NCBI GenBank assembly: GCA_016218785.1
Contig: JACRCY010000058.1
Span: 1 to 37,699 of the forward strand
Direction of reading: 5' to 3'
Length of the DNA stretch: 37,699 nucleotides
From: Deltaproteobacteria bacterium
Lineage (GTDB): Bacteria > Myxococcota_A > Polyangia > JACRCY01
Of the stretch, positions 17,839 to 25,343 are shown one piece after another; positions within the stretch are counted from its first letter, which is position 1; each line of letters begins with the position of its first letter. The notes under the pieces were generated by a model. It saw nothing but the letters and a program-made list of their open reading frames with translations. It was not told where the DNA came from and ran no database searches. The position numbers and the translations under genes were made by a program.

Positions 17839-19547
17839 GGGTCGTCCTCTGCGCCGGCACTCCGGCCGAGCATGCCATCGGCAGCCTCGATGCCACGGGG
17901 TCGAGAGACTTCGCCGCCGACAGCTACAGCTACGCTATCGGGCTCCTCAAGGCCTGCGCGCTCGCGGATCCCGACGTGGCGGCCGGGCTGGAGATCGGCC
18001 TCAAGGAATTCCCTGTCGGCCGCTCCCAGCTCTCGCTCATCGAGGAGCAGTTGCAAGAGATCCTGGCCGAGCGACCGGACGTGGTCGGCTTCTCCACCTA
18101 CTGCTGGAGCCTCGACCTCTTCCTCGACGCGGCCGCCCGGCTCAGACGCGAGCTCCCCGAGTTGCTGATCGTCATGGGTGGCCCCTCCGTCTCGCATGAG
18201 GCGCGCGCCCTGCTCGAGGCCCACCCGCAGGTGGACATCATCGTGCGCGGCGAGGGCGAGCTCGCGTTCGCCGCGCTGTGCCGGCAGCGCTTCCGCGCGC
18301 CCGCGGAGGTCCCGAACGTAGCCTGCCGTGGAGCCGACGGGCGAGTCTCCGAGCACCCGGCAGAGGATGCGCCGGAGGATCTCTCCGCGCTGCCCTCCCC
18401 GTACCTTACAAGGACGCTGCGGCCGAGGGCACGGAGCCTGCTCATCGAGCCGTCCCGTGGCTGCCGTTTCCGTTGCGGCTTCTGCTCCTGGTCGACGCGC
18501 GCGGGCCAGCTTCGCTACCAGCAGCCCGCGCGCATTGCGCAAGAGATCCGCTGGGCGCGCGAGCACGGCTACCGGGGGGTCAACTTCTGCGACACGGCCG
18601 TCAACCACGACACCGGGCAGCTGCGCAGCCTCTGCGACACCATCCGTGCCGAGGATCCGGAGGGGCGCCTGTCCCTGTCGCTATTCCTGCGGCACGAGGA
18701 GCTCGACGCGGAGCAGCTGGAGATCCTCGCGCGCATCCGTTGCGACGAGATCATCATGGGGCTCGAGTCGACCAACGCCGCCGCGCTCCGCGCCTGCGGC
18801 AAGCCGCCCCTCGACCCGTCCACCTTCGAGGAGAAGCTCGCGGGACTGCGCGCCGCCGGACACCGGGTCACCCTGAGCATCATGTCGGGGCTGCCAGACG
18901 ACTCGCTGGCGGGCTTCGCGTCGACCCTCGAGTACCTCGAGGGGCTGCTGCAGCGGCAGCCCGACGCCGTGAACTTCGTGTGCTGCTTCTGGCTCGCCGT
19001 CTTGCCCGGCACTCGCTTCGCCGAGCTCAGGGAGCGCTACGGTTTCCGCATCGAGCCTCGCGGAACGCCCTACCTCCTGGAGAGCCGTGATTGGTCGCCC
19101 GAGGAGCTCGAGGCGGCGGCCCGCCTCCTCGTCGAGAAGGCGCAGCGCGACCCGCGATTCCGGTGCGAGGAGATCCACCGCGCAGTCGTCGCCATGGCGC
19201 TGGGAGAGACCGCGGTGGCGCACGCGGCCGGGGAGCTGGCGCCGCAGGAAGCGCTGCTGCGGCCGTGGCGGGTCGGCGAGACCCGTGGGGGTTGGGTCCT
19301 GGTGGAGATGCGCGCCGCGCCACCCTCCGAGGGTCTGGCGACGGCTTGCTTCGAGCCGGCCCCTGGCACGCCTGGCACCGCCATCCACGTCACCATCGCG
19401 GCGCGCGATGACCGCCGGCCGGCCTTCGCCCAGACCCGGTCCCACAGCGTCTACTACCGCGGCCGTCCCCGCAGCCATGCCGCCCTCGAGGCCCTCGGGC
19501 ACCTCCTGGAGCAGGTCGTGGAGCTCATCGGCGCGAACGAGACGTGA
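17835..19547 (+). CDS. B12-binding radical SAM enzyme (LPSPYL paralog family) with C-terminal shared module
   Basis: Frame of ORF 17142..19547 trimmed to GTG 17835 (VRVVLCAGTPAEH). Motifs: VVGFSTYCWSL, IVMGGPSVSHEA, IIVRGEGELAF, LSALPSPYL, EPSRGCRFRCGFCSW, MGLESTNAAAL, IMSGLPDDSLAGFASTLEYL. The C-terminal 86 aa (19287..19544) form the shared module. Confidence 0.9.
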   Translation: MRVVLCAGTPAEHAIGSLDATGSRDFAADSYSYAIGLLKACALADPDVAAGLEIGLKEFPVGRSQLSLIEEQLQEILAERPDVVGFSTYCWSLDLFLDAAARLRRELPELLIVMGGPSVSHEARALLEAHPQVDIIVRGEGELAFAALCRQRFRAPAEVPNVACRGADGRVSEHPAEDAPEDLSALPSPYLTRTLRPRARSLLIEPSRGCRFRCGFCSWSTRAGQLRYQQPARIAQEIRWAREHGYRGVNFCDTAVNHDTGQLRSLCDTIRAEDPEGRLSLSLFLRHEELDAEQLEILARIRCDEIIMGLESTNAAALRACGKPPLDPSTFEEKLAGLRAAGHRVTLSIMSGLPDDSLAGFASTLEYLEGLLQRQPDAVNFVCCFWLAVLPGTRFAELRERYGFRIEPRGTPYLLESRDWSPEELEAAARLLVEKAQRDPRFRCEEIHRAVVAMALGETAVAHAAGELAPQEALLRPWRVGETRGGWVLVEMRAAPPSEGLATACFEPAPGTPGTAIHVTIAARDDRRPAFAQTRSHSVYYRGRPRSHAALEALGHLLEQVVELIGANET

Positions 19548-19655
19548 CCACGCGCGCGGCGGGGTTCCGCTCGCGGGCGCGGAGGGGGGCGGTCGGTGCA
19601 CATCTCGAAACCCGCCGGCGGTGGGGTCCGGGGCGGCAGCCCCGAAGTGAGCGTA

Positions 19656-19674
19656 GGGCGGGCTGTGCCCGCCC
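19656..19674 (+). terminator. GC hairpin downstream of the rSAM gene pair (no U-tract)
   Basis: GGGCGGGC-TGT-GCCCGCCC, a perfect 8-bp stem, lies 109 nt after the stop at 19547. It is followed by GGAGCGGATCG, so it is not a canonical intrinsic terminator. Confidence 0.25.
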
Positions 19675-19719
19675 GGAGCGGATCGTTGGGTCTCGCGATG
19701 TGGTCTGGCAGCGCGCCGT

Positions 19720-19748
19720 TTGACAAGCCCGCGCTCTCGGATCACGAT
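19720..19748 (+). promoter_or_regulatory. Weak promoter candidate upstream of the YVTN gene
   Basis: TTGACA (19720..19725), 17 nt, CACGAT (19743..19748; keeps A2 and T6 only). If real, the transcript would start near GTG 19757 rather than TTG 19748. Confidence 0.2.
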
Positions 19749-20644
19749 TGGTCCCCGTGACCGAGACGCTCGCCTGTGCGGTGTCCACCGGTAGCGACCG
19801 CATCGACGTGCTGCGATTCCCCACGCTCGAGCGCGTGCGCCTCTGCGCCACCGGCGAGACGCCGATGACCGCGGTGGCCGTGGCGGCGGACCTCTTCGCC
19901 GTGGGCTGCAGCGACGGCGCCGAGGTGAGGCTGCACCACGCCCCCAGCGGAGCGACGGTGGGGATCCTCCCGGCCGAGCGCGGCGCCGCGGGGCTGGCCT
20001 GTGCTCCGTCACGCGGCCTGCTCTTCGTCGCCAACGAGTTCGCCAACTCGGTCACGGTCTACGAGACCAGCACGTGGTCCCGGCGAGATCGGTTGGAGGC
20101 GGGCCGTGGTCCTTGCGAGGTCCTCGTCACGCCCGACGAGCGGCTGCTCCTGGTGTCGAACGAGGAGAGCAACGACCTGAGCGTCTACGACCTGCAGCAG
20201 CCGCAGCCCCTCGGCGCGGTCCGCATCCCGGACGGCCCGCTGGGGCTCGCCAGCAGCGCGGACTCACGCTGGGCGCTCGTCGGCAGCTTCCTCGCGCCGA
20301 CCGTCACCCTCGTCGATCTCGAGCGGCTATCGGTCGCGGCCGAAAGGACGATCGGGTCGCTGCACATGGGCGTGCGTTTCCTGCCGGACGGCGAACGCGC
20401 CCTCGTGACCGACTCCGAGTGGAACACCCTCACGGTGGTGCGACTTCCCGACCTCAAGCCGCTCTCGCGCATCACGGTCGGGGCTGGGCCCGCCATGGTG
20501 GCCATCACCCCGGACGGGTGCAGCGCGCTCGTGACGAACCGGTGCGACGACTCCCTGTCGCTGGTGGATCTCGACAGGTCCAAGGAGGTCCACCGAGTAC
20601 CGGTCGGGCTCAGCCCGACCGGGATCGTGCTCCTCACGAGCTGA
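19748..20644 (+). CDS. YVTN-family beta-propeller repeat protein, no signal peptide seen
   Basis: 298-aa ORF with TTG 19748; GTG 19757 is possible. Repeated ~40-aa blades: LLFVANEFANSVTVYE, LLLVSNEESNDLSVYD, WALVGSFLAPTVTLVD, RALVTDSEWNTLTVV, ALVTNRCDDSLSLVDL. Confidence 0.8.
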   Translation: MVPVTETLACAVSTGSDRIDVLRFPTLERVRLCATGETPMTAVAVAADLFAVGCSDGAEVRLHHAPSGATVGILPAERGAAGLACAPSRGLLFVANEFANSVTVYETSTWSRRDRLEAGRGPCEVLVTPDERLLLVSNEESNDLSVYDLQQPQPLGAVRIPDGPLGLASSADSRWALVGSFLAPTVTLVDLERLSVAAERTIGSLHMGVRFLPDGERALVTDSEWNTLTVVRLPDLKPLSRITVGAGPAMVAITPDGCSALVTNRCDDSLSLVDLDRSKEVHRVPVGLSPTGIVLLTS

Positions 20645-20665
20645 AGCGCGGAGTGGCGCCTCCCT

Positions 20666-22213
20666 TCAGCGGGTCGTCCCGGTGGGCCCGCCGCGTCGGC
20701 CGGGACGCGGGCCTCCGGTAGGGCGCTGCTTCTGGCCCAGGTACAGGTAGTCGATCCCGCGCTGCTTCAGGACCGCGCCCAGGTCGTCCATGCGCTGGCG
20801 CACGGTATCGGGACCGATCCCGTAGGCGAAGCCGATGGGGAAGTGGCCCGAGGCCCGCACGAGGTCGCCGAGCGTCGCCGGGAGCGTCTCCGGGTCGAAG
20901 TGCTCCACGCGGATCCCGAAGCGATCCGGATGCATCTCTGTCTCGGAGCCGATGGAGAGGTAGAAGGGGTTGGGCGAGAAGTGGACCTCGGCCGTCTGGG
21001 CGTAGATCTCCTTGAGGACCTGGAGGTTGAGGCGGTGATCCTCGTCGGTCTCTCCGGGGAAGCAGGTCAGCATGTCGAAGCGCATCGACACGCCGATCCG
21101 CGCGCCGTGGAGGATCGTCTCCTTGATCGCCGTGGGGTCCGGCCGCCGCCGCATGAGCTGGAGCACCCGGTCCGAGAAGCTCTGCACGCCGAGCTTGAGC
21201 AGCACGCAGCCGGAGCGGCGCATGGCGTCGAGCCGCGCGGGCGTGAGCCCCTCCGGCCCGCAGAAGCTCTCCCAGGTGAAGCGGTGGCGCCGCTCCACGA
21301 GGAGCTCGCAGAACTCGTCCGTCCAGGCGGCTGACCCGTTGATTTGATCGTCGTGGAAATGGAAGTTCTGGTTGTGGTAGCTGGCGGCCGCCCACTCCAT
21401 CTCCGCGACCACCGCCGCCGCGGTCCGCTGGCGGAACCGCGCCTTGCTCGTCTCGGAGCAGAAGGCGCAGCGCCGCGCGCAGCCGCGGCTCGCCAGGATC
21501 GGCACGAAGTTGTTGAGGGTCATCCCGGCGAGGGACGGGCGGGGCAGGGAGTCCACGGGCAGCGGCGCGGCCGGGGGGCTGCCCGTCACCGCTCCGTCCG
21601 TCGTGAGCCGGTAGACACCCGGCAGCGGGACCGGCTCCGCCCGGCTCTCGAGTTGCTCCACGAGCGGTGCCACGACCCCCTCGCCATCGCCGACCACGAC
21701 TGCGTCGAAGACGCCGGCCCGGAGGAGGAGGTTGCGGAGCGGCTCGCAGCCGAGGTTCGGCCCCCCGGCGGCCGTCCGCTTGCCGAGCTTCCGCAGCCGA
21801 CTGGCGAGGGCGGCGGCAAAGTACTGCGTGAGGACGTTGAGCGAGAAGAGAAAGACCTCACCGCCGTCGCGGATGCGGAGCAGGTGCTGGTCCGCCTTCC
21901 GCACGATCGTCTCGGCGAGAGGCGGGAGTCGATCAAATGCCTCGGGGTGGACCACCTCCAGGAGCAAGCGCGGGTCGACGCCGTCCCCCACGCCCCCGCC
22001 GATCCGCCGCGACAGCTCGAGGATGTAGTCGTCGTAGAAGTCGGTCCCCGCGTGGTGCTCCGCGAAGGAGATGTCGTGGCAGAGCGTCTGGTGGCCGGCC
22101 TGCTGGAGGACCGCCTGGAGGTAGGCGAGGCCGATGTTGAGGAACTCGACCTCGCCGTGCGGGGGGCAGTGGACGAGGACGACCTGCCTGCCGGCGGGAG
22201 GCGTCGGGCTCAC
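20666..22213 (-). CDS. B12-binding (class B) radical SAM enzyme
   Basis: ORF 20666..22243 trimmed to GTG 22213 (VSPTPPAGRQVVLVHCPP), which forms a GTGA overlap with the upstream stop. Motifs: NIGLAYLQAVLQQAGH, AAGGPNLG, VVVGDGEGV, ILASRGCARRCAFCSE, LKLGVQSFSDRVL, LTCFPGETDED. Confidence 0.9.
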   Translation of the reverse strand: MSPTPPAGRQVVLVHCPPHGEVEFLNIGLAYLQAVLQQAGHQTLCHDISFAEHHAGTDFYDDYILELSRRIGGGVGDGVDPRLLLEVVHPEAFDRLPPLAETIVRKADQHLLRIRDGGEVFLFSLNVLTQYFAAALASRLRKLGKRTAAGGPNLGCEPLRNLLLRAGVFDAVVVGDGEGVVAPLVEQLESRAEPVPLPGVYRLTTDGAVTGSPPAAPLPVDSLPRPSLAGMTLNNFVPILASRGCARRCAFCSETSKARFRQRTAAAVVAEMEWAAASYHNQNFHFHDDQINGSAAWTDEFCELLVERRHRFTWESFCGPEGLTPARLDAMRRSGCVLLKLGVQSFSDRVLQLMRRRPDPTAIKETILHGARIGVSMRFDMLTCFPGETDEDHRLNLQVLKEIYAQTAEVHFSPNPFYLSIGSETEMHPDRFGIRVEHFDPETLPATLGDLVRASGHFPIGFAYGIGPDTVRQRMDDLGAVLKQRGIDYLYLGQKQRPTGGPRPGRRGGPTGTTR

Positions 22214-23910
22214 TCGTGCCTCTCGATCGCGGCGGCGATCCACTTCAGCAAACGACCGACCGATGGATCGCTACCCAGGGAGCCATCGTCCGGATCGCCT
22301 CGCGGCGCCAGCCACAGGAGATCATGCCGCGGCGTCCGGAGGAAGCACGGGCGCGCCTCGTCCCGTCGCCGGACCTGGACCTCGAGTTGCCGGCCCTGCT
22401 TCTCGAGGCGCAGCACCGGCCACCCCGCCATCGAGGCTCTCCCCCGCAGGACCCACCCTTCGGCCACCTCGGCTCCCGGCGCGAGATCGGGCAACAGGGT
22501 GCCGAGGTCGAGCGCCCCATCGCCTTCGAGGCCGAGGCGGGCCGCCGGGGCCGAAGGCGGCGTCAGATCCTCGAGGCCCGCCAGGTGCCGACCGGGCCAA
22601 GGATCCTCCCACAGGAAGAGGTCTCGCGCCTCGTGCTCCATCATGAAGCGCACCGCTCGCGCCAGATCCCGCTCCGGGAAGCTCGTGCTGGCGCGAAGGT
22701 AGGGAGCGCCTGGGCGCACCGTCTCGATCCCGAGTTGGCCGCGCTGTGCGTCGAAGGCCGACCCGGGCGTCACGATCATCCAGAACACGCGGACCGCCTT
22801 GATCCGGTCGCGCCGCCCGCGCACGCGCAGCCGCGCGAGGTAGTCGAGGGTCCGGCGGAACCCGTCGAGGCTGTCCGCCGGGATGCCTAGGATCACCGAG
22901 ATCGTCACCGGCCCGAGGACGCTCAGCGACTCGATCGCGCCTTCGAACCGGCTCTCGTCGAGAGGGCTGCGTCCGATGGAGCGGAGCACGGCGGGGTCCA
23001 CGCTCTCGAGCCCCACGTTGAGCTCGTGCGGTCGGATGCCGGAGAGGATCTCGACCTGCTCCTGGCGGAAGTGCTGGTGGCTGATGAAGAAGCTGAAGGC
23101 GACGCGCTGGCCCGGGACCTCGGCGCGGATGGCCTCCGCCAGCGCGCCCATGCGGGCCTCGTCGAAGTTCAGCGCCGAGTCGAGGATGAACACGTGGTCG
23201 CAGCGCCGCTCGACGGCGAAACGGACCTGATCGCGCATCACGGCGGGCGCGAAATACCGCACCTTTCCCATGAAGTTCTTCCAGGCGCAGTACTTGCATC
23301 GGAAGACGCAGCCGCGGGAGTACTCGAGCATGAGGTTGCTGCGCGGGGGATCGATGAGGCCGCCGAGGTACGGGGAGGGGAGCGTGCCGAGGTCGGCGAT
23401 CGGTGGTCGGGGCGCCGATTCGCGGAGGCTGCCGTCGGCCTCGCGCCACGCGAGGCCCGGGATCGCGCCCGCGTCCCCGAGGCCGCGCTCCAGCACCTCG
23501 GCGAGCGTCTCCTCGCCCTCGCCCAGCACGACGGCGTCGAGGGCCGCGAATCGCTCCAGGGTGGCCCGCGGCGCGAAGGTGACCGACGGGCCGCCGGCGA
23601 GGATGCGCACCCGCGGCGACAGTTGCTTCACTCGACGAACCACGGGCTCGAAGGCGTCCAGATCCCAGCAGAAGAGCGAGATGCCCACGACCTCGGGATC
23701 CGAGGCCAGGATCTCCTCGGCGGCCCGCGTGGGGAGGACGGGGTCGGCGAGGTCGAGCGGGAACTCCCGAATCGCCACCTCCACGTCGGGACGCCGGCCC
23801 GCGGCGTAGGCGGCGAGCGCCGGGAGAGCCAGGTTGTACCGCCGCGCCTCGGGGCCGGTGCCCGGGTGCTGCACCGCCGTGCCGGCAAGCGCGAGGCGTT
23901 TCGGCATCAT
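22210..23910 (-). CDS. B12-binding radical SAM enzyme (LPSPYL paralog family) with C-terminal shared module
   Basis: ORF 22210..24951 trimmed to ATG 23910 (MMPKRLALAGTAV). The upstream 347 aa of the ORF are Arg/Pro-rich read-through across the neighbouring gene. Motifs: VVGISLFCWDL, ILAGGPSVTF, VVLGEGEETL, LGTLPSPYL, EYSRGCVFRCKYCAW, VGLESVDPAVL, ILGIPADSLDGFRRTLDYL. The C-terminal 83 aa (22213..22461) form the shared module. Confidence 0.9.
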   Translation of the reverse strand: MMPKRLALAGTAVQHPGTGPEARRYNLALPALAAYAAGRRPDVEVAIREFPLDLADPVLPTRAAEEILASDPEVVGISLFCWDLDAFEPVVRRVKQLSPRVRILAGGPSVTFAPRATLERFAALDAVVLGEGEETLAEVLERGLGDAGAIPGLAWREADGSLRESAPRPPIADLGTLPSPYLGGLIDPPRSNLMLEYSRGCVFRCKYCAWKNFMGKVRYFAPAVMRDQVRFAVERRCDHVFILDSALNFDEARMGALAEAIRAEVPGQRVAFSFFISHQHFRQEQVEILSGIRPHELNVGLESVDPAVLRSIGRSPLDESRFEGAIESLSVLGPVTISVILGIPADSLDGFRRTLDYLARLRVRGRRDRIKAVRVFWMIVTPGSAFDAQRGQLGIETVRPGAPYLRASTSFPERDLARAVRFMMEHEARDLFLWEDPWPGRHLAGLEDLTPPSAPAARLGLEGDGALDLGTLLPDLAPGAEVAEGWVLRGRASMAGWPVLRLEKQGRQLEVQVRRRDEARPCFLRTPRHDLLWLAPRGDPDDGSLGSDPSVGRLLKWIAAAIERHE

Positions 23911-23993
23911 GACTCGTTCATTCTCCGCGATCTCCCGCGGGTTGTCGAAGGCGCACCGAGCAACCACGGCGTCGGTCCGCAGGTGCCCGGCGG

Positions 23994-25343
23994 CTATGCA
24001 ATGGGCTCGACTTCGGCGAGGCCGAAGCGCAGCACGTAGGCGCGCGGCAGGCCGAGGCACCACCGCGTCTGCGAGCACTGAGCGCAGCGCTTCGCCTTCA
24101 CCCAGGGCTTGCGCGTGTCCTCGATGCCGATCTCGGCGTCCCGCTGGACCGGTACGGCGCCGCCCGCGGCCTCGTTGCCGCCGCCCCGGCGCCGCAGGCT
24201 GGCGTCGACGAGGCAGGCGGGAATCGACGCGTGCGACGAGCTGAGCAGCGGCTCGCACACGACGCCGATCGCGGAGGCGCGGCGCGCCGCCGCCTGGAGC
24301 TTGGGTGCGAGCTCCGTGTAGGCCACGAGCACGGCCGGGGCAGCGGGCCGGTGGTCCGGGCACATCGTGATCGAGAAATGGATGCGCGGGGGCCGGGGAC
24401 CGAAGAGCTGCGGCACGGCGCCGACCCACTCGTCGAGGTGGTCGACGTTGTGGCGGTTCACGACCAGGTTCAGCACCACGTCGTGCTGGGCGGCGAGGAG
24501 GTTGCGGATGCCGGCGACCGCGCGGTCGAACTGGCCGCTCGAGCCAACGCACAGGTCGTAGACGTCCGGCCGCGCACCGTGGAAGGAGACGAAGAAGGCC
24601 AGGCGACGCGAGGGCGGCCACGGTGGGAGCGCGGCGGCGTCGGCGAATCCTACGGCGTTGGTCTGGATCTTGACCTGCAGCAGCTCGGGCCGGGCGAGGA
24701 GTCGGTCGACGACCTCGGCGAGCCCTGGCCACAGGGTGGGCTCGCCGCCCGTGAGCGTCGCGATCATCCGCGGGAACTGCGTGACGGCTGCGTCGAGCCA
24801 CGCGAGCACCGCCTCGATGGTCGGCTCCGCGTGGGGCGGGGGGGCCGAGCAGAACGGGCACGCCTGGTTGCAGCGCGAGGTGAGGCGGAGGAGGACCTCC
24901 GTGGACACGGCCTCGCCGGTCGGGCTCACCAGCCGCTCGATGCCGCACCACGAGAAGCCGGCAGGGCCGGAGGCGCCGGTGGTCGCCGCGAGGGCGTCCA
25001 CCCCGACCTTCGCCTCGAGCACTCGCGGGAAGCCGGCCTCGAGGGCGCGCAGCACGCCCACGAGGTCGTGCAGCTGGCCGAGCTGGTTCGGGGACAGACG
25101 GGCGGATCCGCGGTAGCAGAGGCCGTAGCGCGCGGTGCGCAGGATGTACCTCCCCGCGGGATCCAGCGGCTTGACCTCGACCTCGAGCGGCCGGCTGCTG
25201 GTGCCGCGCAAGGTGAGCGTGAGCACCCCGTTGAGGGCTGAGGCAGACACGACCGCGACCCCGGCCCGCTCGGCCGCGGCCACCAGGGTCCGGAGCCAGG
25301 GCGGCCCCGCCGGCCGGGGCTCGCCAGCGTCCGCGGGGGTCAT
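23994..25343 (-). CDS. Radical SAM enzyme (CxxCx5CxG paralog family) with N-terminal shared module
   Basis: ORF 23994..26351 trimmed to ATG 25343 (MTPADAGEPRPAG), an ATGA overlap with the upstream stop. The shared module covers residues ~27-103 (25035..25265). Motifs: LRLTSRCNQACPFCS (CX3CX2C), TLTGGEPTLWPG, QTNAVG, C-terminal KRCAQCSQTRWCLGLP. Confidence 0.85.
   Translation of the reverse strand: MTPADAGEPRPAGPPWLRTLVAAAERAGVAVVSASALNGVLTLTLRGTSSRPLEVEVKPLDPAGRYILRTARYGLCYRGSARLSPNQLGQLHDLVGVLRALEAGFPRVLEAKVGVDALAATTGASGPAGFSWCGIERLVSPTGEAVSTEVLLRLTSRCNQACPFCSAPPPHAEPTIEAVLAWLDAAVTQFPRMIATLTGGEPTLWPGLAEVVDRLLARPELLQVKIQTNAVGFADAAALPPWPPSRRLAFFVSFHGARPDVYDLCVGSSGQFDRAVAGIRNLLAAQHDVVLNLVVNRHNVDHLDEWVGAVPQLFGPRPPRIHFSITMCPDHRPAAPAVLVAYTELAPKLQAAARRASAIGVVCEPLLSSSHASIPACLVDASLRRRGGGNEAAGGAVPVQRDAEIGIEDTRKPWVKAKRCAQCSQTRWCLGLPRAYVLRFGLAEVEPIA

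Noticed and set aside
19548-19747. Small ORFs in intergenic gaps (19548..19747, 23911..23993, 31281..31531, 37040..37252) as RiPP precursor genes, including a search for His-Xaa-Ser repeats
   Set aside because: No short frame there combines a start codon, an RBS and coding-like third-position bias. The listed small ORFs translate to Arg/Pro-rich strings. Very short peptides could still be missed.
22210-24951. Very long N-terminal extensions of track ORFs (22210..24951, 23994..26351, 27646..29676, 34902..36938, 17142..19547, 33367..34905, 1089..2756, 2558..4150)
   Set aside because: The extensions run through the upstream neighbour in a different frame and are Arg/Pro/Ala-rich. Each gene has an ATG/GTG that overlaps the upstream stop and sits just before the first conserved block, so I trimmed to those starts.
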